Below, in pieces: positions 1 through 14,549 of a DNA stretch of 64,000 nucleotides. A program made the position numbers and the translations under genes. Source of the DNA: Eledone cirrhosa (Eukaryota); NCBI GenBank assembly GCA_964016885.1, contig OZ024764.1, forward strand, positions 20,956,001 through 21,020,000, read 5' to 3'. The notes under the pieces are model-generated. The model was not told the DNA's origin, made no database searches, and saw nothing but the letters and a program-made list of their open reading frames with translations. Within the stretch, counting starts at the first letter, position 1; every line of letters starts with the position of its first letter.

Positions 1-270
1 TTTTTTTTTTTTTGCAGGATAGAAATATAAGGTTGCACTTACCAATGAAACGGTCGTAAATACCTGGATAAAATCCTTCTCTTAATGCTTACCTGTGTTT
101 TCTCTTTTATACTATATATATATATAATGGGTGGAGTCTTCGATTGAGGGTGGAGTCTTCGACTTGGCCTGAGCATGGACTCAAACTCAAATGAAATGAA
201 ATGAAATGGAATACTGTTGGCTTTTTGCTACAATAATTTCTATATTCTTCATTTATATATATATATATAT

Positions 271-348
271 CTTGAGGTTGTGAGTTCGATTCCTGGACCA
301 GGCGATGCGTTATGACGTTGAGCAAGACACTTTATTTCACGTTGTTCC
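271..348 (+). mobile_element. tRNA-derived SINE fragment (CORE-like)
   Basis: B-box-like GAGTTCGATTCC followed by TTGAGCAAGACACTTTATTTCAC; paralogous copy at 30038-30116. Confidence 0.55.
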
Positions 349-472
349 TTCTACCTGGAGTTGCGACCGATAGTACGAGCAATTGGAAAGACCAATGGAA
401 ACATTGCTTCCTCGGTCCGATTTGACGAAAGTCGATCGTTCCTTCATATATATATATATATATATACACACA

Positions 473-2514
473 CTGTGGTACCTTGACTTATGAGTTTAAT
501 TTGTTCCGTGGAGGACCTCATAACTTAAATTACTCATATGTCAAATCAATTTTCCCCACTGAAATAAAATAAATGCCGTTAATCCGTTCCAGACCCCCCA
601 AAAACCACAGTTTGTTTTGTGACGTGTTTTTAAATAAGAAAAATGTACTTATAAATAACAAATATTGTATATAAAAAACAATACAATAGAATGTACTACA
701 ATAAACTGGTTTTATTAAGTATAATGTACAGCATCTATCTTGGAGATCAGACGACTTGAGGATGTTGACGGAGGAGAAAGGATGAACTGAATAACTGAAT
801 CTTATTCGCTGATTTTTGCCCTTTTCGCCACGCTTTCCTCACTTTTATCTGCAGGGATTTTCAATAAAAACCTGTCTAATAAGGTTTGTTTCATCTCACT
901 TGTTGAGATAACCTCCTCTGTGTCACCTATTTCCTGCAAAAACTCCGTGTGTTGCTGTGTCTGTAGCTCCTTTAATTCCTTCGTTGTCATCTCCTCGGAG
1001 TGCTCCTCGATGAGCTCGTTGATGTCACCTTCATCCATGTCCAGGCCCATGGACTTACCGAGGGGTACAATCTCCTCCACCACTGCCGCTTCGGGTTCGA
1101 GTCTTTCAAAGTCTGTTTTAGACACAACCTCAGGCCACAGCTTCTTCCATGTAGAGGTCAAGGTCCTCTTTGTAAGACCCTGCCAGTTCATATCGATAAT
1201 TCTGAGGCATATCACGATGTTATAATGGTCCTTCCAGACCTCTCAAGGGTGAGGTTTGTGCTCCCCGTCACTTCAAAGCAGCGACTGAACAGGTGCTTAG
1301 TGAAGAGCTTCTTGAAATTAGAAAGTACCTGCTGGTCCTTGGGTTGTAGGATAGGGGTGGTGTTTGGTGGAAGGTAGAGGACCTTTATAAACTTGAACTC
1401 TTCGAGGTTAGGTGGATGAGCAGTTGCACTGTCTAGGACAAGAAGGGTTTACAGGGGTAGGTTATTTTCCTGGAGATATTTTTTAACGTCAGGACCAAAG
1501 ACCAAATTCACCCACTCCACAAAGAACTACCTGGTGACCCATGACCTCGGGTTTGCCCTCCACAAAACCTGCAGTTTTTCTTTCAGAATCTTATGTGACT
1601 TAAAGGTTCTGGAGTTTTCTGAATGATAAACGAGCGGCAACTTAATCTTACACTCGCCGCTCAGTGGCACACAGTGCGAGGGTTAGCCTATCCTTCATGG
1701 GTTTGTGGCGAGGCATCCTCTTCTCCTCTGCCATTATATAAGTCCTCCTTGGCATCTTCTTCCAAAAAAGTCCTGTTTCATCACAGTTAAAGACTTGCTG
1801 AGGGATGTATCCTTTGGCTGCTATAATTCAGGCAAAGGTTTTGAGGTAATCCTCAGCTGCCTTCATATCCGCGCTCGCTGCCTCACCATTCCTGACAACG
1901 GAGTGAATGCCGGCCCTCTTTTTAAAATTCTCAAACCAACCCCGACTGGCATTAAAGGGCTTGCCGATGCCTCGTCCGTAGAAGTACCTGGGGTTTGCTG
2001 CCACAAATCAGCGTAAATAGCTCGTGCCTTCTCACATATTATAATCTTCATCACGGTATCTCTTCCGACCTGCTTCTCCGTCAACCACACCATCAGCAGC
2101 TTTTCCATATTTTCATGGATAGTTGTCCGCTGTTTAGAAATTATTTTACCACCCTTAGCTGGGGTTATAGCCTTTATCAAGTCCTTCTACTTCAGTATGG
2201 TACATATCGTAGAAGTTCTACGCTCGTACTGCTTCACCAAGTCCACTACACACACACCTTGGTCATGTTTTTCTATAATTTCTTTCTTTAATTCAATACA
2301 CATCATCTGCTTCTTCTTCTCAGAACTGTCCTTCACCCTCACTTTCTTCGAAGCCATGGGATGCTGGGCGGGTGTTATCGTATTCCCTGTGGCGGTCGCT
2401 ATGCCAACTAGTGGCGGGGCAACTGAAGCTGACTCGTAACCTGAATTTTACCCTGGAACTCAACGCAAAAAATCAGCCGATTAGTTGGGACACTCGTAAG
2501 TCAAGGTACCACTG
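473..2514 (-). mobile_element. Tigger/pogo-family DNA transposon, degenerate
   Basis: TIRs C(T)GTGGTACCTTGACTTA at 473 and TAAGTCAAGGTACCACTG ending 2514, followed by TA. Broken transposase pieces include a CENP-B-type HTH (MEKLLMVWLTEKQ...IICEKARAIY, 1863-2180) and an acidic C-terminus (802-1215). Confidence 0.85.
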
Positions 2515-2515
2515 T

Positions 2516-2516
<1 letters not shown>

Positions 2517-2547
<31 letters not shown>

Positions 2548-5297
2548 TTTACGTCCGCTATTCCCTGCTCGCAAGGGTGGGACAGGTCTTATTCAGCACA
2601 GCATCTCTCCACTCATCACGGTCCCTCGTCATCTCCACCGTGAGCTTCAACGATCTGAGGTCTGTTCTAACCACCTCCGCCCATGTTTTTCGTGGTCTAC
2701 CTCTACCACGTCTTCCTTCAACTGGCATTTCCTGGCACTTCTTCACCCATCGGTCATCCTCCATGCGCATCACATGTCCATCACATGTCCATACCACCTC
2801 AGTCTTCTCCCCCGTACACTACATTCTATCCCTCTCAGACACAGTTTCTCTCTCAATACATTTATGCTGGGTCGTTCACGCACATTTACACTGCACATCC
2901 AACGAAGCATGCTTGCCTCATTTCTCCTCAGCTGTCGCATATCCTCTGCAGTTGCTGCCCATGTCTCACTACCAAGCAGCATTGCAGTGCTCACGCAGGC
3001 ATCATACAACCGGCCTTTCGTACGCAGGGAGAAACCTTTCTTCGTCAGCAGCTCCCTAAACGTCTTCCAACCCGTCCTTATTCTAGTTATTATTGCCTCG
3101 GAACACCCTCCTCCCATGCTAATCTGATCTCCTAGGTACCGGAAGCTATCCACCACTTCCATAGCGCCTTCCTGCATTTGAAAACTGTGTCTATCAATGC
3201 GACTTCTGCTGTCTAATTTCCCTGTACATCTACTGCATACGTATTTCTCCCTACCTGTTAGTTTGCCTGCTATCCCGCTACATCTCGTGTACCCAGGATC
3301 TGCATTGTGTGCATTTTATAGAATTTATGCCAGTTCCTTTTCTGCATATCGAACATGGCCATTTCCCTAATAGAATCAGAGTTTTGTCCTCTTTTCTACT
3401 CATCAACACTTTTGTCATAGCTAGGTTCACTCTCAGTCCTCTTGCTGTTTCCAAAGCCAGAATTTATTCTCTAGCTCCTCTACTGATTCTGCTATAAGAA
3501 TCAGATCGTCAGCATAGAGAAGTTCCCATGGGCAGCCAGTCTTAAACTCCTCTGTTATGACTTGGAGGACTATAATGAACAAGAGCGGACTGAGGACCGA
3601 ACGTTGATGTACTCCTACTTGTACATAGCTTGCACTGTCCTCACACGCCATTCCTCAACACCTAGTTTCCTTAGGGACCACCAGATGACAGATCGGGGTA
3701 CCCTATCAAAGGTCTTCTCTAGGTCAATAAAGGCTAAGTAGAGTGGCTTATTTTTCTCTAAGAACCTCTCTTGCAATTGTCTCACTAAGAAGAGGGCATC
3801 GGTTGTACTCTTCCCAGGCACAAAACCAAACTGTATCTCATCTAGTTTGACCCTTTCTCTAATTAGTTGTGCTAATATCCTTTCTGCCACTTTCATAACC
3901 TGATCCATCAGTTTTATACCCCTATGATTGCTCCTCTCCAGAGCATCCCCTTTACCCTTGTAGCAATTTATGAGAATACTGCTGCACTAGTCTTTGGGTA
4001 TGACACCACCATATATAGCCTGATTAATGATGCGTGCAACCAGTTTAGTGCCTACGTCCCCTGATGCCTTCAGCATCTCAGCAACTATTCCCAATGGTCC
4101 AGCAGCCTTACCATTTTTCATTTCCTTAATCGCCTCTTGGACCCTATATTCGTCAATCTCATAGCTGGTCCCTCTGTCGGATCTACTAAGGGTAATTTCT
4201 CTCTCCCCCATTCATCAGTCTCTCATAATGACATTTCCAGGCCTTCTCTTTCTTATCATTTGTGACACTAAGTACACCGGCATCATCCCGGACACATTTA
4301 TCTCCAAAAACATCCTGATTTGCATTGACCCTGATCTTCCCATCACAGAACATTGGCAAACCTCCTACTCTCAGTCTCCCTGCGTGCTAAGTACACCTGA
4401 CGTCTAGCTTCTCTCTTAGCGGCTGTATATTCTTCCCTACTCCCACTCTTTTTCCAAGCCTTCCATGCTAGTCTTTTGTCTCTAATGGCCTTATCTACTG
4501 TGCTGTTCCACCACCAGGTCACTCTCTGCTCCAGCCACAAGTTTCTTCAGTAGCCTGCAGTAAGTTGTCACGTAAGAAATTCTAGTTGTTATCTATGTCA
4601 TACGTCTCTAAATCGTCTTCTTTTTCGTCATATACATCTTGAAGGGCTTTCCTAATTTTGTATATTAGTGAAAGGTCTTTTAGCTTCCAGACCTTTCTTC
4701 TCCACACCTTCCTATATGTTTCATTCCATCTCTTGCTTACTGAGATATCACTAACAACTAACCTATGCTGTGGGGTACATTCTTCCCCAGGGTATGCCTT
4801 GGTATTAGACACTATCTGCCTGTCCCGCTGCCTAACTAGCAGGAAGTCAATCTGGCTTATGTGCTCACCAGATTTGTAGGTTATTAGGTGATTGGCAGGT
4901 TTCTGGAAGTTTGTATTGCAAATAGTCAATGTACCTGCATCACAAAATTCAAGAAGTCTCACTCCTTCTTCATTTCTTGAGCCGTAACCGTGCCCACCAT
5001 GTACCCCAGTGTAACCATCCTGGAGCTGTCCAACATGACCATTGAAGTCCCCTACTAGCATAATGATGTCTCCGTCCTGTCATTGCGGCTGTTTGTAAAA
5101 GTTGCTCGTAAAAGCAGTCTTTCTCATCTTTGCCTAGGCCTGCTTGGGGAGCATAGGCCGAGATGATTGTCAGTAGTCTCTTGCCTACAACTAATCTAAG
5201 CTTAATTATTCGATTACTAACTCGAACTACCTCTATTGTCTTATTGATCCATTTCTCAGCCAGGAAAATGCCTACTCCCCCTAACCCATCATCCTCA
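2517..5297 (-). mobile_element. RTE-clade LINE, 5'-truncated and degenerate (subfamily distinct from the copies at 41.8-49.0 kb)
   Basis: (CAT)n tail at 2517-2547. APE pieces (SAYAPQ, GDFNGHVG, SQIDF) and RT pieces (QFGFVPGKSTTDA, FIDLEKTFDRV, LYADD), C-terminal RRLRWYGHV; several stops and frameshifts. Confidence 0.92.
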
Positions 5298-5347
5298 GAC
5301 TTAGACAAATGACAAGACTGAAATATATTTGATAGGGAATAAAGAGT

Positions 5348-5700
5348 AGAATATTCTAGTCTGTGGTGTTGGAGAAGTTTGGAGGAGATAGGTCCCTGAC
5401 AACGAGGTTCTTGTTATCATTGGCAGCTCTCCTTACCGAGGTGTCAGGTGATACATATGAGGGTGTTTGGTAGTTCCAACATCTTAGCCTTGCTATCACT
5501 CGAGGTAAGACTGTCTCAGAAAGTATTAGAGGGAGACTCCGGCACCCCATGTGATGTGAGACTGATTGACAGAGTGTTGACTTAATATTTTCATTTGTTG
5601 TGATTCTATGTGAAATATATCTCTATGTAAGTAACTTGGTTACGTGAATCATTGTGAATCACATAAATACTTAAACAGAAATCTACTTAGGACACAAAAT
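5348..5700 (+). mobile_element. 3' end of a CRE-like (RLE) non-LTR retrotransposon
   Basis: The + strand reads SVVLEKFGG...TTRFLLSLAALLTEVSGDTYEGVW*FQHLSLAITRG, homologous to the C-terminus of the element at 18.3-21.8 kb. Paralogs at 29495-29800 and 39530-39705. Confidence 0.7.
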
Positions 5701-6199
5701 AAAGCAGGTTCCATTGAACAAAGTATTTAAAGGACGTATATCAAAAAGAAGGGGGATGTAACGAGAGTTGTCTCCCCTTACATATGTTTTACAGTAGTGT
5801 ACGTTTGTGTGTTTCTCTATCTCTCTCTATATATAAATATATATATTTTTTCTTTACGATCGACTTTTCGTCAAATCGGACCGAGGAAACAATGTTTCCA
5901 TTGGTCTTTCCAATTGCTAATACTATCTATCGGTCGCAACTCCAGAAGACTGCAAAAGACTGTCTCATACTTCTTTGAAAGATGTTTTCAAACAAACACG
6001 TGTACAAAATCCTGTTGTGTTAAAAATAATAATTACGTATGAAACAAATTATTCATTAAAGTAATTAGCAAATACGTTTTTATATATGGTGTCTAGCAAG
6101 GGGACCCACTCGCCTCACTCCTATTGGTGCTGACAGTTGACAACATGGTCTAGTTACCCCTGTCTGGTACCTAGATGACACAACCCTGGGTGGCCCGGC

Positions 6200-6480
6200 T
6201 GAGACAGGTTAAGGCCTCTCTATACCCCAGTATATTACAGTCCAACATAACTGGGATGACATCAATTGTAGGTCTCTTCAAACTGGTCACCAACGAGACC
6301 TCAGAAGTACTTGGACCCCATACTGCCAAGCTCCTCTGTAAGATCAGAACGTTGGTGGCCCTTCTGAAGAGGGAGTCCCATGAGGTTGGGGTGGCTGTTG
6401 CAGTGGGTGTCACTGTCCATCGCCCGGGGCGAATACTTTTGCAGTCTTATCCACAGGGCACAGCACTTCTGCCCCCTTGA
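6200..6480 (+). mobile_element. Old, divergent CRE-like RLE C-terminal fragment
   Basis: FKLVTNETSEVLGPHTAKLL...ESHEVG, then after a frameshift WLLQWVSLSIARG; fits the ET.G..GP...WL.Q.LSLAI.RG pattern. Confidence 0.5.
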
Positions 6481-6652
6481 CCCAGACCCAAAGCTCAATT
6501 ATTTACTTGTTGCTGTGGGTACTTTCGTATTTAGTTCTTTTATGACCCTTCTTTGAAATGTAGTCTTTGTCTCATGTGGTGACCTCCTGGTAGTTAATGT
6601 AGCAGAACACACTGAAGGACATGCTGCCCTCCCTAGTGTTGGTAACCTACAT

Positions 6653-8698
6653 CAGACATGTCAGACATGCAGCCCTTGGAAAGCAAACCTGCGGCCCACA
6701 CAAAGGTTTTTACAGTGCGAGCATGTTTCATTTTCGTAATATAAAATTTAAAACATTTTCGATACAATTATTTTTTTTTTGCAAATTTTGTCAACTACTT
6801 TTAACTTCCATTAATCACGTGCAGCTCATTAACAGAAAACTTTCTTTCAAAATTTCAAAAGATTTCGTTTTTGAAATGGTTAGTGCTCCTCCAGCTAAGA
6901 GAAAAAGGAAATTGAACGAAGAAGGGCAAGTGTTTCAAGAAAAGTGGGAATTACAGTATTTTTGCCCAATGGTGAACAGAAAGATACACTGTTTAATTTG
7001 CAACAACTACATCTCCACGCCAAAAGAGTACAATTTAAAAAGACATTATGAAACAAACCCTCGATCTTACGATAAATATGAAGGCCCAATGTGTGTTTCA
7101 AGACTCAAGGAATTGAAGTCTAACTTGACAAAGCAACAGACCTGTTTTATGTTAATTCAGGAAGAGAATGTCACTTCCGTTACTGCAAGCTATGAACTCA
7201 GTCAAATGATTGCCATGAGTGGGAAATCTTACAGTGAAGGAGATTTTGTAAAGCAATGTCTTGTAAAAACAGCTGAAATTGTCCAGAGAAAGCAGAGTTA
7301 TTCAAAGACATTTCATTAACCAGGAACACTGTTGCTGAACAGATTAATGAAATGTCAGGTGATCTGAAACAACAGTTAAAGGCTGTATCATCAAGGTTTG
7401 AACATGTTTCTATTGCTATTGAAGAGACTGTTGACATCACTGGAATAGTACAGCTTGCATTCTTCATCAGGGCCTGTGACAGTGAATTTAATATTTATGA
7501 AGAACTGATTGAACTGGTCTCCATGCATGACACTATAACAAGCTAGGACATCTTTGAGAAGGTCAAGCAGTGTCTGCATGGTTTTGATCTGAGTAAACTT
7601 GCATGTTTATCTACTGACAGTGCTGCAAATATGGTTGGTAGACATAATGGTGTTGCTGCCAAGTTACAAACAAAAATAGAAAACTCATATCTAGATTCAT
7701 CATTTGCACATTTTCACTGTATTATTCATCAGCAAAATTTATGTTCAAAGATTTTAAAATTGCATCATGTGCTTAGCTTGGTCACAAAGACAGTGAACTA
7801 AAACAGAGGCCGTGCTCTCAACCACCATCAGTTCAGCCAGTTGTTGGAAGATATGGATAATCAGTTCACCGATGTTCCATTCTACACAGAAGTCTGCTGG
7901 TTGACATGTCACAAAGTGCTGAAAAGATTCTATTTGTTGAAATAATTATGTTTTTGGAGATGAAAGGTCAAAACACAGGTGAAATAAAAGATGAAAGTTG
8001 GCTCCAACATCTGGCTTTATTTGTGGATATTACTGCACAATTAACTGATCTGAATTTGAAATTACAAGGTAAAAACAAACCCATCACTCAGTTGTATGAT
8101 GACATCAAGTTCTTCATTAGAAAACATAGCTTATGGAAGTCTCCGTTGTCAGATGAAAATTTAATTCATTTTCTTATGTGCAAAGAGCTGAAAATCACTG
8201 CCCATACTGAGTCTGTACTTTGCTTAACAAAAACTTCTCAGAGAACAAGGCTGACAGATCAACACTTGTCATTTCTGATTAAAGTTGGAACTGTACAGAC
8301 ATTTCAGCCAGATATACCAAACATTGTCAACAGAAAGAAGTGTCAAGCCTCAGGACAAAAGACTAAAAATGGTTGAATAGTAGCAAATAAATGTTCAGTT
8401 TTCAACTGTTGTTATTTGTGTACAATGTATTTGTTGCTGTTACAATCGGCAAGTATATGTTGACATGTTAAATTTTAGTTTTTTGTCAAACTACTTCATT
8501 ACTTTGTATTCATGAATGCTGCTAAAACATTTGTATTACATTGTATGTTTCTAAATTTAAGTAACAAATCTTTCTGCAATATATTTTATTAAATGACTTT
8601 AATTAGTTGTTGTGTACATAATTAGTTGCAGTGTGCAACCCTCAGACAACACATGTGTCCTATGTGGCCCTTGGGGAACCCTCAGTTTGTTATGCCTC
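6653..8698 (+). mobile_element. hAT transposon (Charlie/SPIN, GTF2IRD2-like transposase), degenerate with internal deletion
   Basis: 8-bp TSD ACCTACAT at 6645-6652 and 8699-8706; imperfect TIRs CAGACATGTCAGAC / GTTTGTTATGCCTC. BED-like finger (FQEKWE..YF...CLIC...YNLKRHY), SIAIEETVDITG..QLAFFIR, HCIIHQQNLC, LNLKLQGK. Confidence 0.9.
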
Positions 8699-8949
8699 AC
8701 CTACATGATAAACACACCCAACACAGGCTGTAATGTGGTTGGTCATGTGAAGGACATCTAGCTATAGAAAGCTTGCCCGACAATAGTGTCGGAGAACCCT
8801 TCAATCATGACAAAGACATGACAACCTTTTCTGTGCACTCAGTAGCAAATGAGACCTTATGTAAATAAGTCTCAGATCCTTGGTCTGTCTGGGAGATCAG
8901 TAGCCTCACTTCAGTACTTACTTGGTTGAAGTAGACTCATTAAACCCTT

Positions 8950-9510
8950 GCTAGCAGGGAAATCTGATGTTGATTTTGTAACATCAAGCTCTTCTTATTC
9001 CAGAGAGGGTCTTGGGGGCAGAGTCCTCAAACACTCCCTCCAACAGGTCCTGTCAGAAGCAACCCACTCCAACTGGTCTGGCTGGATCTCCCAGAGAGAC
9101 CAGCCAAGCTCATGGATGTTATGTGACCATCTTGCTCAGGTCTACCCCTGGGTCTCCTGCCGGTTAGTTTTGCCTGTAAAATCTATCCAGTGATTCTTTC
9201 CTCAGACATTCTAACCACATGGCCATAGTATTGCAGCTATGATCTCTCAATTAGAAGTAACAGTTCCACCTGGAGTGACTCTCTGATCTAAGAGCTATGC
9301 ACTTTATTGAGAAAAGTTCCTTCAAAGACCCTTCAGAGGAATCCCATATCTGCCATTTGTATTCCCAATCATATTCTTTTGATCATTACCCAAGATATGT
9401 GACCATAGGTAAGGGTTGGCACAAAAACCGATTTGAAGACAGCAAGTTTGGCTTTTATGCCTACCTCCCTTCTTCTGATTACTGAATATTGGAGCTGGTG
9501 CATTACTGAT
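8950..9510 (-). mobile_element. Old RTE-type LINE C-terminal remnant
   Basis: KAKLAVFKSVFVPTLTYGHISWVM motif; paralog at about 53995-54535. Confidence 0.6.
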
Positions 9511-9519
9511 ATTTCTCTG

Positions 9520-10521
9520 CCCACACTGCAAAGTGGTTGGGTAGGAGATATGACAAAAAGCACCCAACCCACACTGTAAAGAACACACAGTCAACATTAT
9601 AAGGTGGTCATGCAGGAGATATGACAAAAAGCACCCAACCCACACTGCAAAGAACCCACAGTCAACATTATAAGGTGGTCATGTAGGTGATATGACAAAA
9701 AGAAACCAGCCCACACTGCAAAGAACACACAGCCAACATTATAAGGTGGTCATGTAGGTGATATGACAAAAAGAAACCAGCCCACACTGCAAAGAACACA
9801 CAGTAAACATTATAAGGCGGTCATGTAGGTGATATGACAAAAAGAAACCAGCCCACACTGCAAAGAACACACAGCCAACATTATAAGGTGGTCATGTAGG
9901 TGATATGACAAAAAGAAACCAGCCCACACTATAAAGCGGTTGCGTAGGTGTCACAGCAAAAAGCACCCAGCCCACACTGTAAAGTGGTCATGTAGGTGAC
10001 AACAAAAAGTACCCAGCCAAAACCTTAAAATGGTCATGTTGGTGTCACAACAAAAAGTACCCAGTCCACACTATAAAGTGGTCATGTAGGTGTCACGACA
10101 AAAAGCACCCAGTCCACACGGTAAAGTGGTCATGTTGGTGACAACAAAAAGTACCCAGCCAAAACTTTAAAATGGTCATGTTGGTGTCACAACAAAAAGT
10201 ACCCAGTCCACACTATAAAGTGGTCATGTAGGTGTCACGACAAAAAGCACCCAGTCCAAACTGTAAAGTGGTCATGTAGGTGTCACAACAAAAAGCACCC
10301 AACGCACACTGTAAAGTGGTCGTGATGGTAAGATGGTAAAATGCACCCAGTACTCAATGTAAATAAGGTTGGTGCTGGTAAGGGCATCCAGCTGTAGAAA
10401 CCAATCTAAAATTTGTTCTGTAGGAGCAACACGTGGTCACCTGACCTGGCATTGCTTACAACAGGATAACTCGTCTAACCCATGCCAGGGTGGAAAAACT
10501 GATGTTAAACAGTGATGATGA
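9520..10521 (+). repeat. Minisatellite (about five 71-bp units, then 48-bp units) inside an RTE-type 3' end
   Basis: 48-bp unit CCCAGTCCACACTGTAAAGTGGTCATGTAGGTGTCACGACAAAAAGTA; the array ends in AAGGGCATCCAGCTGTAGAAA...AACCCATGCCAG...(GAT)n. Confidence 0.85.
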
Positions 10522-10926
10522 TATAACATTTGTTTAATAATGAATTCCAATCTCATTGTTAACAGCTATAGATGTCAGGATGTGAACCTTCTTACTGAAA
10601 TATCTTCTCCATGTTAGTGGCTGAAGAAGATTTAGAAAACTTTCACACAATAACCGTATTCCCTAACTTCTCCCCTAAAAAATACAAGACAAGCAGGGCC
10701 AGACTTTTACCTACTGAAGCCCTAAGCTATATGAAATTAGAGGTTCTTCTCTAAAAATATATAATTATCTTTTATATTAATGTTAATGATAAAGAATAAA
10801 TAATATAATAAATATACCACCATAGGTGCTGAGGTGGCTAGCTGCTGGTGTGAGCCTCACGAGATGGAATGGCTCTTCCAGCACATCTAGAACATGACCC
10901 TCTAATATCTAGTATTTAGTAACAAA

Positions 10927-11321
10927 CTAGACCACCCGCGACCTGTTGGGTCACGTTCCCTTAAAACTATTATTTTAAAATCATGTTCACTTAAAAATAA
11001 TTTTCAAGTAGTTAAAATATACAGACATATATATATATATAGACACATATGTATATATATATACGCACACATTTTATTAAACAACACCAGCAGCTCTCTC
11101 TCTCCCTCCCTCTTCCATCTGTCTCCTCACTCTCACAACCACTATCTCTTTCTCTCCCTATATTTATGAAGGTACCCAGAAAACCCCGTATCTTGGGTAC
11201 CTGTGCTCCATTTTATACAAAACTTGTTTTATTCTTTTCAAAGTATTTCCCCATTATGCACCGTTTTAGCTGTATTAAATTACAGACAAGACACAATCAC
11301 AGAGTTTTAGTAGTATATAGA
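10927..11321 (-). mobile_element. Non-autonomous Helitron
   Basis: Minus strand starts TC(TATATACTACTAAAA), ends CTAG, has a subterminal hairpin CGTGACC-CAACA-GGTCGCG and sits between A and T. Copies at 55495-55860, partial at 33188-33376, and a related inverted partial at about 41460-41660. Confidence 0.7.
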
Positions 11322-12761
11322 TAATATAGTTTCAAATTAAAGTTAGTAAACGACAGTTTGGAAAAATTTGTAACATTTATTAAAGATTCCTCAAGTTTGT
11401 CAATTCTATAGCACAATAGTTTGTTAGTTAAAGTGTTTAGTTAGATGTTCTACATATAAAGAAGAGAGAATACTTTACCACAAATATTACAGTGGTATAA
11501 TGATTTTCCCATCTCTTCTGGAAAATATTCCTATGTTGATGTAAATATTTCTATTGTTCATAATTTTATCAAATGTGATCTTTGTCAATATCCAAATATT
11601 TTGAAAACTCCTTTGTAAATATCCAAAGTTTAATCAGAATGTAAAATCATCTTGTAAATATTCCAGACAGTGAAAAAGGAAAATGTTGTTATTTATCTCA
11701 ATTCAGAAGAAATATTTCACCATAATTCACCACAGACTAAACAAGTTTATATCACTTGTATGTAACATCTTTCTGTTGTCTTTAAAAGACTCTTTTCTGT
11801 CAAGGTCATGTGATATTCTGAAATAGTAGAGAAACATTATTAAGATATTTAGAAAGTAGAGATACAACAGTGAAAACTTTACTACATCTCTATATTAATA
11901 GATATAAACCTTACACTGCAACACTAACTTACAGGAAAGCATCTAGTTACTTGATCTAGTTACTTCAATCAGGTGAAGAGATAAACTAGATTGACTTCAT
12001 TCTCATCAGAAAACAGGATAGACAGATGGTTGGGAATATTAACTCCTTTACTGGAGAAGGACGTACCACTCAACATAGACTAGATACTAGGTGTAATATC
12101 TAGAGGGACTGACAGATACAAGACTATCTGGAGAAAGAAGGGTTGGAGAGTAAAAGATCTCCCTGTTAAATATAAGATATAGAGGGACTGACAGATTCAA
12201 GACTATCTGGAGAAAGAAGGGTTGGAGATCTGTAGTTGATGTAAGCTGCCAGCCAGATGAATGTTGCCTTGGTGATGGAATAGTACAGTAGATAGAAGTT
12301 GAAATCTAAAAGACCTGAAGAGGCAGGAGAGGAACAACAATATCAAATAGTTAAAATGGAAGCTAGATATTAGGCTTACAAGTTATTGATTTCTGTTGTT
12401 ATTGTTAAAATCTGTTTAATCTGTGATATTTGAGACAATGTACAGGACAATAGAATTAATATCAATGTCTGACTAACAACAAAAGTTTTCATTTTATTGG
12501 CAGGTTTAAATTACAGAAGTTCCCAACCTTTACTAAAAATACAAATATATATCTTACCTGTTAAAGTATAATAAATCAAAGTTTAATGTGAAAAACTTTA
12601 ATTTACACAAAATCTTCAAACACTGCTTCAAAAATGGAAACCTGGTGTTTATGATCCCTGTCCTAGGTAAAACCTACAAGGTTAACCCCAGTTTTAGCCA
12701 GGATGATGGATCTACACAATTGTTGTTGTAGGATGATGTAATCAGTTTGATATTGACACAG

Positions 12762-14549
<1,788 letters not shown>

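Noticed and set aside
415-445. TTGACGA...GAAA as a hammerhead ribozyme core
   Set aside because: Lacks CUGANGA with correctly placed stem II, GAAA and NUH.
6621-8376. Domesticated GTF2IRD2/ZBED-like host gene
   Set aside because: TIRs, an 8-bp TSD, frameshifts and stops show a decayed transposon.
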